Positions 18,269-27,037 of a stretch of DNA of 32,000 nucleotides are shown here, in pieces (position 1 is the stretch's first letter; each line of letters starts with the position of its first letter). The stretch covers positions 1,590,001 to 1,622,000 of the forward strand of contig NC_010296.1 in NCBI RefSeq assembly GCF_000010625.1. Direction: 5' to 3'. The position numbers and the translations under genes were made by a program. Under the pieces are notes generated by a model. It searched no databases. It had not been told where the DNA came from and worked only from the letters and a program-made list of their open reading frames with translations. This stretch comes from Microcystis aeruginosa NIES-843. Lineage in GTDB: Bacteria > Cyanobacteriota > Cyanobacteriia > Cyanobacteriales > Microcystaceae.

Positions 18269-18697
18269 CTAATTCCAGTTTTGGAAGTTGCCGCCGTTGC
18301 AACCCAGGGTGTAGACCTTGCCCTCAGTGTTGCTATCCAGACACAAGCCAGTGGACACATTAACTAAGCTCTGACCAGATCTCTTCCAGTTTTGGAAGTT
18401 GCCGCCGTTGCAACCCAGGGTGTAGACCTTGCCCTCAGTGTTGCTATCCAGACACAAGCCAGTCGAGCCGTTCTTATATGCTGCATTCACTGATGTCGAA
18501 TCAGGTAAGTTTACTGATGGATGCATTGCTACAACCAAAAAAATTACGCTTAGTACGAACGCCATAAAGCGTAAGAGTGGATTGTAAACAGTTGACACTA
18601 CCTCAGCCCCAAAAACACTGAAGTTACCTCCAAGAATGGCAATCAACAAAAGAATTGCGCCAAAGACGAACGCTCCGATTTTCAAGTTCTCTGGCAT
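18269..18697 (-). CDS. Membrane-anchored protein with two ricin-type (QxW) beta-trefoil lectin repeats
   Basis: Two N-terminal hydrophobic helices, then GLCLDSNTEGKVYTLGCNGGNFQNW twice. Confidence 0.7.
   Translation of the reverse strand: MPENLKIGAFVFGAILLLIAILGGNFSVFGAEVVSTVYNPLLRFMAFVLSVIFLVVAMHPSVNLPDSTSVNAAYKNGSTGLCLDSNTEGKVYTLGCNGGNFQNWKRSGQSLVNVSTGLCLDSNTEGKVYTLGCNGGNFQNWN
18273..18463. repeat. Tandem duplication inside the lectin gene (111-bp period, 78-80 bp identical)
   Basis: 18275-18352 and 18386-18463 are identical base for base. Confidence 0.9.
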
Positions 18698-18835
18698 AGT
18701 CCTCCTAAAAGTGAATTTACATATAAAGCTCTTTCTAGTTTCTTTAGGCAGTAAGAAAAATATGATTTGGTGTAAAACTTATTTTTGCTTAATGCCATAG
18801 TCATATTATCAAGAAATATTCTGGATAAGACTATT

Positions 18836-19120
18836 TTAATATAATAACTCGATCTCTCCTGGTTGCCAAGTCTTATCAAACCAAGGCTCAAGCGGGCTAT
18901 AAAGCCGAAGAATCGTATTCCAACCCGTTTCAGGAATCGTCTGCACCCAGTTATTCTCCTTACCCGCAGGCGGTTTCGGCCCGAAATAGATATCTACAGA
19001 GCCATCGGCATTAACCAAAAGTCCCTTTGTCTGACTACCGACACTAGGAAACTGTTGATCCGCCTGAATCATCGCTCGCGTCTGGTTACTGTAAAGAATC
19101 ACTGACCAGAATAGTAGCAC
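18836..19120 (-). pseudogene. C-terminal fragment of a DUF1214-domain protein
   Basis: NADGSVDIYFGPKPPAGKENNWVQTIPETGWNTILRLYSPLEPWFDKTWQPGEIE matches the DUF1214 C-terminal pattern. The rest of the (normally >400 aa) protein is absent. Confidence 0.5.
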
Positions 19121-19271
19121 GCTAGGATGTGTTAGCGTAACGCAGAATAATTACAAATTAATCATGATTAAAAGCAAAAAAGTGCGTTAAGTAACTATTT
19201 TTTAAGTCAAGACGGCAATTAGCGATCGCCCCTCTTCATCAAAAAGCGATCGCCATTCCCCAAAAATTGCT

Positions 19272-19493
19272 CTATACAGTGCTTAATGCTTTGATTTTCG
19301 CTATCTCTGTTTCTAAGTTGGGAAGTTTTTGATTATATTTTTGGGCTGTTTCTAACCATAAATCTTTTACTATCAGTAATTCTTGTAGGGTTTCTTCTAA
19401 GGTTTCACCCTGAGCCAAACAGCCAGATAGTGCTGGAATTTCAGCGACAAAACCGCCTTCTTCACAGGGATAAATAATAATTGGATAATTCAT
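19272..19493 (-). CDS. hicB: HicB-family antitoxin
   Basis: YPIIIYPCEEGGFVAEIPALSGCLAQGETLEETLQEL is the HicB/UPF0150 N-terminal fold pattern. It lies 2 nt downstream of hicA. Confidence 0.85.
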   Translation of the reverse strand: MNYPIIIYPCEEGGFVAEIPALSGCLAQGETLEETLQELLIVKDLWLETAQKYNQKLPNLETEIAKIKALSTV

Positions 19494-19495
19494 CT

Positions 19496-19756
19496 TTAGT
19501 TATCTCCGATAATTTCAAGAACTCGACGAATATAAACAGATTTTACTTTTTTATTATGAACAGGTATGACCAAAATAATATCATTTCTTTTAAAAATGTG
19601 ATGGCTACCTGTAATTCTATCAAGGGAAAACCCTTCTAATTCTAGCAGTTGACAAATATCGTTGAATCTTGCGTTATTAGGACTATTCTTCAGTAGTTCT
19701 AGTAGTTTATCCCTTTTAGACACGAGTGAATGCCATTCAACAATGAGCTTGAGCAA
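19496..19756 (-). CDS. hicA: HicA-family toxin
   Basis: FNDICQLLELEGFSLDRITGSHHIF...VIPVHNKKVKSVYIRRVLEII is the HicA pattern with the catalytic-region GSHH. Confidence 0.8.
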   Translation of the reverse strand: MLKLIVEWHSLVSKRDKLLELLKNSPNNARFNDICQLLELEGFSLDRITGSHHIFKRNDIILVIPVHNKKVKSVYIRRVLEIIGDN

Positions 19757-19990
19757 AAATCCATTTTAACCCAAGATGATCGCTATTTTCCCCTCCTCAT
19801 CCCCAAAAAGCGATCGCCCTCTGCGTTCCTATCCCAAGCAATGGCAGTTTTAAACATTAATCAAGAAGATGACGGCGATCGCACTACGTTCTTCGGCATC
19901 GCACTTAGACTCACAGCTGCAATCAATGTGCATGGTGCGTTCTCCAAAATCGATCGCTGGAGTAGTAGGACTTGCATTAGGGAACGCACC

Positions 19991-21009
19991 CTAGGACTGA
20001 GTTATACATTGTTTTTCTTTGTCAGTTAAATCAATATATTCAGTTTTTATTCGTTTATTCTTGATTAGTATTCTAAAATACGGACATTTTCCATTTACTG
20101 ATAAATCTTTATCATCATTCCCTTTCCTGAATTTAATTATTTCAAATTGGTCGGGATTGAATTTATGTAAAAATGTTATTGGTACACCCATAACCCCCTT
20201 GAAGTCTAAGGGAATGTCTTGGGTTTTATTGACATTAATTCCATCATAATTGTCATATTTTGGATATTCAGCTTCATTGCCAAAATATCTTTTTGTGAGA
20301 GCCATATCTTCCTGTCGTTTTGATGTGTCTAAGTTGGTTAACCATAAACAATTATTTGGAGAGAATTGTCAATACGAGCCTCTGTTCCATAAAGTTCATA
20401 TTGTTCGGGAACAATAAAACCAGAAATACCTCTACCAAGATTTATTCCTAACCACGCTTTGTTTTCTTTAATTAGTTTGAAAATTTCTTGATAGGTTATT
20501 GCATTAATATTGCCAATTATCAAAAACTTTTTGTCGTATTTAACTAATTGAGCTACATATTCTCTGAATAATGAAAATGGGGGATTAGTCACAACAATAT
20601 CGGACTTTTTTAATAGTTCAATACTTTCAGGACTACGAAAATCCCCATCCCCATTAAAGTAAACAATGTCAGTTGAACTATGTTTATTTTTTTCTCTCTC
20701 TGTACCTGTATATTCAAAGAAAAAACCCTTTTCATCTTCTTCTGCATTAAATAAATCTCTCACTTGTTCTCGATAACAAGATGTTATTATTTTTTTTAGA
20801 CCTAACTTTTTAAAGTTTGAGGCAAAATACTTAAAAAAGTTACTAATTCGGGGGTCATCGCAATTGCAATAAACTACTTTATTTTCAAAATGACTTTTAT
20901 AGTGTTGCAACTCACTTTCTATATCTGAAAGTTGTGTATAAAACTCGTCACTTTTTAATTTTTTAGCATTTTGCAATAATTTATTTGTCGCATTTCTTGC
21001 CATGTTCAA
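19991..21009 (-). pseudogene. EcoRI-methylase-family N6-adenine DNA methyltransferase, frameshifted
   Basis: ORF 20338-21009 carries DEFYTQ and VVTNPPFSL. ORF 19991-20305 carries YPKYDNYDGINV...GVMGVPITFL. A third frame between them reads NNCLWLTNLDTSKRQED and bridges into the second ORF, which indicates a 1-nt indel near 20350-20385. Confidence 0.85.
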
Positions 21010-21122
21010 CCTTTTTTGATTTAATAAATCTTTTGTTTTTAGTTATTTACTTTTGGTTATCTGATTAAATATTTCACTGCCTAATAATTGAAGAGAGGTT
21101 TTAGAAATTTTAAGCATAATAT

Positions 21123-22479
21123 TGGGACTTAAACAAATTTCAAGCCCAAATGTAGCCCAAAGCCGCTTTGTGAGCGGAAAAGACATCAATATTCTGCGTT
21201 AGCCAAGTGAAAAAACGAAAAGACATCGCTGTACGAAAAGCCTCCAAAGCATCAGTAAATGTCTCCAAAGGTTTATTCGCCCATCGCCTTTGTAGTCCCC
21301 CGGTTAAGTGATGCCAGAGAATAAAAGTGTAGGCACAAAACACTAGGATAAAATGGCGAAGAAGGCTTTCTTTCTCGCGAACCCGATATTCTCTTAGCCC
21401 TAACCATCCTTTCGCCTCTCGATAGAAAACTTCTACCCAATTTCTTTGGGAGTAAGTTTCTACTACCCATTGCGGGGTTACTTTTTCCGCCTGGACATTC
21501 GTGATAAAATAATCGATGTCCGTCGCTTCTTCCCAAGAACTTGCGTTCATGACGATGGCAAAAGTTCTCTCTTCTTCTCAAGAAGCGATGCGAGCGTAAA
21601 CAATAAACACGTATAGGGTTTTCGGTTTTTCAACTGAGAGAATTACTGGGTTAAAACTCTCTAGATTCAAGCTTTTTGCTAATTTCTCCAGACTGATTTC
21701 TTCCTCGATTCCTGATTCCGTTTTTCGGATAATTTTTCGATTTTTAGCCACTCCTCCTAAATACTTTAGTTTTCTCTTTTCTAACTCTTTCAGAAACGGC
21801 GTGTTGTTTTCATACCCCGCATCTATCAAGACAATTTTCGGTCGGTATTTTCGCTTTAAACTTCGGTCGATTAATTCGAGTCCGAGTTCGGGTTTCTTTT
21901 TCAACTCTTCGTCTTCTTTTCCCGATAGTAGAGAAGATGCCGGTTGATAGAGCTCGATGTCTAAGGGTAAGCTTTTTTTCCCGTCGTAGAGATGGGTGGT
22001 TACTACCACTACTCCGTTGTCTGTCTTGCCGATCTCACCGAGGTATTGTCTTCCGACTCCCTCGGTAAAATTGCCACTTTTTCGATGTCCCGAATCATCC
22101 AGAATCATCGTGAAGCCCACGCCGATCCTAGTCGGCGAGCATTTGTTCATCACTTCCAGACGACGTTGGTTAATTGGCGTCGCCGACCAAGGAGCCTCGG
22201 TTAAAAAGTGATGTAATCGGTGATAAACCACCCCCACCGAGTTATCCGCCATCTGGGTTAGGTTTTTTCGCTCGCTTTCTCCTAATAATCCGCCTAAATA
22301 TTGTCGGAAGCCATCTTTTTGCGACTGGTTTTTGAAACAGTCATCGAATCTAGCGCACCATCTCTCGAAGCAGGGCGGCATAGCGGATGGGGTCGTTTCT
22401 CCCATGGGCGTATTTTGACGTGAAAGCCTACTATGACTTGATTATAGCTAAAAAAGTTCGGTTCTGTGTTTAAGTCCCA
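21123..22479 (-). mobile_element. IS701-like (IS4 superfamily) insertion sequence
   Basis: 13-bp terminal inverted repeat TGGGACTTAAACA at 21123-21135 and, as complement, at 22467-22479. It encloses a DDE transposase gene. Confidence 0.8.
21140..22405 (-). pseudogene. IS701-family DDE transposase with a single in-frame TGA (21578-21580)
   Basis: ORFs 21578-22405 and 21140-21550 are in the same frame: ...VYARIAS*EEERTFAIVMNASSWEE... Candidate catalytic motifs DDSGHRK and LIDAGY lie upstream of the stop, and YREAKGWLG lies downstream. Confidence 0.8.
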
Positions 22480-22509
22480 CTATCCCACTTCCATCGGTCT
22501 AACACCCCC

Positions 22510-23528
22510 TAAATAGGGTCTGCTGAATAAATCTAAAAACCTTGTTGGATAAGACTTTTGGACTTTTTTCCCCTCAAAAAGTGCCAGCCATTGCGGGGAT
22601 CGGGGGGAAAATTCCGGGACTTTTTCCCAGAAAATTAGGTACTTGACCACCTGAAAATCGATAAAACCCCACACCCCACACCCCACACCCGTTACAGTAG
22701 AGCAGGAAGTCGCCTTCCCACCCCCTGCTTCAAAACCGGACTTACGACTTTCGCCGTATCCGGCTCCTGAGTAACTAGGCTACTGTCATTAGTAGAATAA
22801 TAATGGGAATTATTATTTCCTTGTCTATTCAACCCTCTTGGCTGTATCCCCACCAGACAAGATTGTTGGTTTTAGGGCGTATATGACCGTTGATTGTTGC
22901 TTAGACTTCCTAGTTACCCGTCCTTTGTCAGCATATCTTTGATATTACTCAAAGCCTTGGCTTTTAAGGACATCCTCTCCCTCTATTGACTTGCGGATGG
23001 TTTCCTACTGCCCCGAACGGGCAGAGTCAATCAGGGTTACTTCGTTCCCTATAACCATTGGTTGAACCCTTAGGATGATACTGTCCACAACAGAGTAACG
23101 GGAATGCCTTACTGATAGTGGTATGAGCTATCAGCCCCAACTCTGTTAACTTTTGTTTCGAGCCTGTCAGCCTTTTGGCTCGTGGGTGTTGACGATGGTT
23201 AATTCGTATCTTCGCCCCAGGGCTATCCATAGGTTCTGGCTCAACGGGTTTCTGATTTAGGCTATCAGATACCGCTTTTTTTTCCTCGCTCACTACCTCA
23301 GATGTACCAAGTCTAAAGCAGCAGGAAATGCCGTCACTCTAGGCATCTAGAGGACAGGACTAAGGTTATTACTAACCCGCACCTGTAGGGTTATAAAGTT
23401 ATCAAGGTACTACATTTACCAAGCGGCTAATCCTCTAAACGTCTTACTGTCTAGTTTCTAGCCAACGAATTGCACCACACCCCACACCCTGCCACCACCG
23501 AAAAGCTTTTTGCCGCAAACCCTAAATA
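22510..23528 (-). mobile_element. MITE copy 2 (inverted relative to copy 1), carrying a 785-bp insertion
   Basis: 22510-22690 plus 23476-23528 is the reverse complement of 9256-9476. The interruption falls inside the GGGTGTG repeat. Confidence 0.7.
22691..23475 (-). ncRNA. ORF-less group II intron (ribozyme/retroelement)
   Basis: The minus strand starts GTGCAATTCG. Domain V reads GAGCCGGATACGGCGAAAGTCGTAAGTCCGGTT. Domain VI has a GCGA loop and a bulged A 8 nt from the end, ...CTACTGTAAC. There is no RT ORF. Confidence 0.8.
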
Positions 23529-23897
23529 AAACCCAATAGCGCACCGTGCGGTTTAATCACCGCAATTTGAGGATAATTACCGCACAGAGGGGTCTAGCAT
23601 TCCACTCAAGACGTGAAGACGACAATACCAAGCAATTGAGGCGGCATAACTCCCCATCTCCCCATCTCCCCATCTCCCCATCTCCGCCCGCAATGCGCAG
23701 CAAGTGGTCTCGCCGAAAAATTTTAGATTTTCTTAAGATCGACCTGAAAAACATTGGCTATTTTTTCCAATATAGTGTAAGTTAAGAAAAGTAAAGATTT
23801 CTCACAATTCTTCCACACATCTGCTCGCCTGCTCGGATGGATGGAGGAGAGAGGGCGGAATCTTAGCAATAATATACATTTTTCGGAGAAAACCCCC

Positions 23898-24953
23898 ATG
23901 ACCATTGCTGTCGGACGCGCCCCAGAAAGAGGGCTGTTTGATGCTCTCGATGACTGGCTCAAAAGAGACCGTTTCGTCTTCATCGGTTGGTCTGGTTTAC
24001 TACTCTTCCCCTGCGCCTTCATGGCCCTAGGTGGATGGTTAACCGGCACCACCTTCGTCACCTCCTGGTACACCCACGGGTTAGCCAGTTCCTACCTGGA
24101 AGGCGGCAACTTCCTGACTGTAGCCGTCTCCACCCCCGCCGATGCCTTCGGTCACTCCATCCTCTTTCTCTGGGGACCGGAAGCCCAAGGTAACTTCACC
24201 CGTTGGTGTCAAATCGGCGGTTTATGGCCCTTTGTCGCCCTGCACGGTGCTTTCGGTCTGATTGGCTTCATGCTACGTCAGTTTGAAATCGCCCGTTTGG
24301 TCGGCATTCGTCCCTACAACGCCCTCGCCTTCTCAGGTCCGATTGCGGTGTTCGTCAGTGTCTTCCTGATGTACCCCCTCGGTCAGTCTAGCTGGTTCTT
24401 TGCCCCTAGCTTCGGCGTGGCTGGTATCTTCCGTTTTATTCTCTTCTTCCAAGGCTTCCACAACTGGACCCTCAACCCCTTCCACATGATGGGTGTAGCT
24501 GGTATCCTCGGTGGTGCGCTTCTCTGTGCTATTCACGGAGCGACCGTAGAAAATACCCTGTTTGAAGACGGTGAAGGTTCCAACACTTTCCGAGCTTTTG
24601 AACCCACCCAAGCGGAAGAAACCTACTCCATGGTCACTGCGAACCGTTTCTGGTCGCAAATCTTCGGCATCGCTTTCTCTAACAAACGTTGGTTACACTT
24701 CTTCATGCTCTTTGTCCCCGTGACTGGTTTATGGATGAGTGCTGTGGGTGTGGTTGGATTAGCGCTTAACCTACGGGCCTATGACTTCGTTTCTCAGGAA
24801 TTGAGAGCGGCGGAAGACCCGGAATTTGAAACCTTCTACACTAAAAATATTCTGCTTAACGAAGGTCTGAGAGCTTGGATGGCTCCCCAAGACCAACCCC
24901 ACGAAAACTTTATCTTCCCTGAAGAAGTATTACCTCGCGGTAACGCTCTCTAA
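23898..24953 (+). CDS. psbD: Photosystem II D2 protein, monocistronic copy (no overlapping psbC)
   Basis: [40 protein letters not shown]... to ...[10 protein letters not shown], 351 aa, unmistakable D2. The listed ORF start at 23841 is an upstream extension. psbC does not follow. Confidence 0.97.
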   Translation: MTIAVGRAPERGLFDALDDWLKRDRFVFIGWSGLLLFPCAFMALGGWLTGTTFVTSWYTHGLASSYLEGGNFLTVAVSTPADAFGHSILFLWGPEAQGNFTRWCQIGGLWPFVALHGAFGLIGFMLRQFEIARLVGIRPYNALAFSGPIAVFVSVFLMYPLGQSSWFFAPSFGVAGIFRFILFFQGFHNWTLNPFHMMGVAGILGGALLCAIHGATVENTLFEDGEGSNTFRAFEPTQAEETYSMVTANRFWSQIFGIAFSNKRWLHFFMLFVPVTGLWMSAVGVVGLALNLRAYDFVSQELRAAEDPEFETFYTKNILLNEGLRAWMAPQDQPHENFIFPEEVLPRGNAL

Positions 24954-24982
24954 AGATGGCAAGAAAATTCACTGATTAGAGG

Positions 24983-25014
24983 GAAGGGTGAAGTTAAATC
25001 ACCCTTCTTTTTTG
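24983..25014 (+). terminator. Rho-independent terminator of psbD
   Basis: GAAGGGTGA-agttaaa-TCACCCTTC followed by TTTTTTG, 30 nt after the stop. Confidence 0.65.
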
Positions 25015-25037
25015 TTGATTAACGCACTTCAAGCAAC

Positions 25038-25128
25038 TAAGCTTAGACGCACTTACATTGCACTTTAATATCCTGGAACGCCTTGTAGATAGGGATACGA
25101 GTAGGAAACTTAAATGCGTCTAAGCTTA
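25038..25128. repeat. 14-bp inverted repeat pair (TAAGCTTAGACGCA / TGCGTCTAAGCTTA) with a 63-bp spacer
   Basis: Perfect inverted repeat seen directly. It could be a tiny MITE or a structured element. Confidence 0.4.
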
Positions 25129-25140
25129 ATACCAATTCTC

Positions 25141-25411
25141 TAAATAGGGTTTGCTGAATAATGGTAAAAACCTTACAGGAAAGGGCTTTTAGCTTGATTG
25201 AGAGCTTCCCAAATGCACTTAAATCTGCTAGAATCGCTCAAAACCCTTGCATCACCCTTGCATCTTCTCTCATTAGTGCTAATGTACCGTAAAATCGAGT
25301 TACCCTCAACCCCACCGGAAAACTTCGAGCTGCCCTTTGAGGGGAAATTATCCCAAGAAAATCGTTGGGTAATTATGGCCAACCTCATTCCCTGGTCAGA
25401 ATTTGAAAACT
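25141..25411 (+). mobile_element. Left-end fragment of an IS5/IS1182-like element (probable parent family of the MITEs)
   Basis: Starts TAAATAGGGTTTGCTGAA. From the ATG at 25282 it encodes MYRKIELPSTPPENFELPFEGKLSQENRWVIMANLIPWSEFE, the typical N-terminus of IS1182/IS5-type transposases. Similarity is lost at about 25411. Confidence 0.55.
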
Positions 25412-26638
25412 ACGGGAGCGTCTCATTTATGCAAGCGAGTAATTATACTTGTCCCTAAAACTGGTTTCTAGCAAGGCTTTCAAAATAGCTTGACATAAAA
25501 CCTGATTTAGGGGTTACAAAGGTGAGATGCTCCCTAAACTACACCAAAATCATCGATATTTAGTCAAAGATTTACCAATCTCAGGACAACCAGTGTACCT
25601 ACAAGTTAATCGTCGTCAATTTAAGTGCGGTAATTGTCAGAGACCCTTTAGCGAAGAGTTAGATTTTGTCGCCAAGAAACGAACCTATACGAAAAGACTA
25701 GCCGAAAATATACTCGAACAATTAAAAGAAGGAGATATTTTAAATGTTAGCCGAAGAAATAACGTAACGGAAGAAGAGATTCAAAGAATGGTAGAGGACA
25801 TCGCCGAAGAAATTACAGAGCCAGATTTATCGAAATTAAAAAGACTAGGAATTGATGAAATCGCTCTAGTCAAAGGACAAAAAAATTACTGTGCGGTTTT
25901 AGTAAATTTAGATACGGGAAAACTAATAGCTATTCTAGAGAAGCGAACACAAGAGGAGTTGAGAGAAACGCTTACGGGCTGGGGAAAAGAGGTGTTAGAG
26001 CAAATTGAAGAAGTCAGCATAGATCTTTGGTTGCCCTATAAAAATTTGATGAAAGAATTGATGCCATCGGCCGAGGTAGTCGCCGATAGATTCCATGTCA
26101 TGAAACAAATTAATCAAGAGTTAGACGAACAGAGAAGAGCGGAAAAAAGAGCCGTAGAAGCGCAGAAAAATAAAAAACAGAAAGCGGAAAAAGAAGCAAA
26201 GCTAGAAGTTTTAAAGCGAAGTAAATATAGCCTGTTAAAAAATGAAGAAGATTTAACGGAACCCCAAAAAATTAAACTAGAAGCTATCAAAGAAAATTTG
26301 ACAAATTTGAAAAAGATGCAGGAATTAAAGGAAGAATTTAGAAAGATTTATGAAACCTCAAAGAATCCGACAGAGGGAATGCTATCCATCTCGGAATGGT
26401 TGGCAAAATCCTCCAGTGTTTTTACCAAGAGTTGTCAAACAATCCGAAACTGGTTTGGAGAAATAATTAGTTATTTCGAGCGAAGGACAACGAATGGGGT
26501 GGTCGAGGGAATCAACAATAAACTTAAACTAATAAAACGGAGAGGCTATGGCTTTAGAAACTTTCGGAATTTTTGGGTTAGAAGTATGTTATCTTGGCAT
26601 CTTGTATGTTGATTTAGCATAAAGGGTAACGAAGAGCC
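25412..26638 (+). mobile_element. ISL3-family element, right IR intact, left end degenerate
   Basis: The right terminus ...GGGTAACGAAGAGCC ends at 26638. The left side has only a weak match (GGGAGCGTCTCATTTATGC at 25414). Confidence 0.6.
25527..26612 (+). CDS. ISL3-family transposase (N-terminal zinc-finger region apparently missing or decayed)
   Basis: LHQNHRYLVKDLPISGQPVYLQVNRRQFKCGNCQRPF, GIDEIAL, SIDLW and NGVVEGINNKLKLIKRRGYGFRN are ISL3 hallmarks. The usual upstream CPxCG segment is absent, and frames upstream contain stops. Confidence 0.85.
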   Translation: MLPKLHQNHRYLVKDLPISGQPVYLQVNRRQFKCGNCQRPFSEELDFVAKKRTYTKRLAENILEQLKEGDILNVSRRNNVTEEEIQRMVEDIAEEITEPDLSKLKRLGIDEIALVKGQKNYCAVLVNLDTGKLIAILEKRTQEELRETLTGWGKEVLEQIEEVSIDLWLPYKNLMKELMPSAEVVADRFHVMKQINQELDEQRRAEKRAVEAQKNKKQKAEKEAKLEVLKRSKYSLLKNEEDLTEPQKIKLEAIKENLTNLKKMQELKEEFRKIYETSKNPTEGMLSISEWLAKSSSVFTKSCQTIRNWFGEIISYFERRTTNGVVEGINNKLKLIKRRGYGFRNFRNFWVRSMLSWHLVC

Positions 26639-27037
26639 CATCTAACCTTGATCAGATACTTTTTGTTAGATGGTAGATTAGATTACTTATAAGATGCTAT
26701 ATAATGTACACTATCTTAGATTAAATCAGATTATGTCAAAAGTATTAAGCTTCTCGATCAGCGATCGCTATCTATTCTCATCAATTAATAACTAGATGCA
26801 GCTCGAATAAGCGATCACAGGATAGCGGGGTAATCATGGCAAAAGCAAAAAGTAATAGCGGACAATCTAAAGAACCGAAAAACTACAATCACGGTCAGAC
26901 ACATCCCCAACGTCCCGATATTGGAACCGATGCTTGCAAAAAAAACAAGTAAATCCAACAAAAAATCATCTCTTACAAATCAATAAAGACGATATTGCCT
27001 TCATCGAATTCACCCCACCAACTTCTGACTTGATTAA

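Noticed and set aside
18682-18891. 69-aa minus-strand ORF between the lectin gene and the DUF1214 fragment
   Set aside because: It is AT-rich intergenic sequence overlapping both neighbours, with no family resemblance.
22480-22686. 68-aa ORF
   Set aside because: It lies wholly inside MITE copy 2, and its sequence is the reverse complement of non-coding MITE copy 1. It is a repeat-derived ORF.
23027-23293. 88-aa minus-strand ORF inside the group II intron, considered as an intron-encoded protein
   Set aside because: It is too short, lacks any RT motif (no YADD-type block, no maturase or En features), and lies in what should be domain I RNA rather than domain IV.
23841-23897. Upstream extension of psbD ([19 protein letters not shown])
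   Set aside because: D2 proteins begin MTIAVGR. The ATG at 23898 gives the canonical 351-aa protein.
23546-24073. ORFs 23546-23785 (+), 23557-23754 (-) and 23723-24073 (-)
   Set aside because: They run through the octamer repeat and the psbD upstream region, or antisense to psbD. They are low complexity with no recognisable family.
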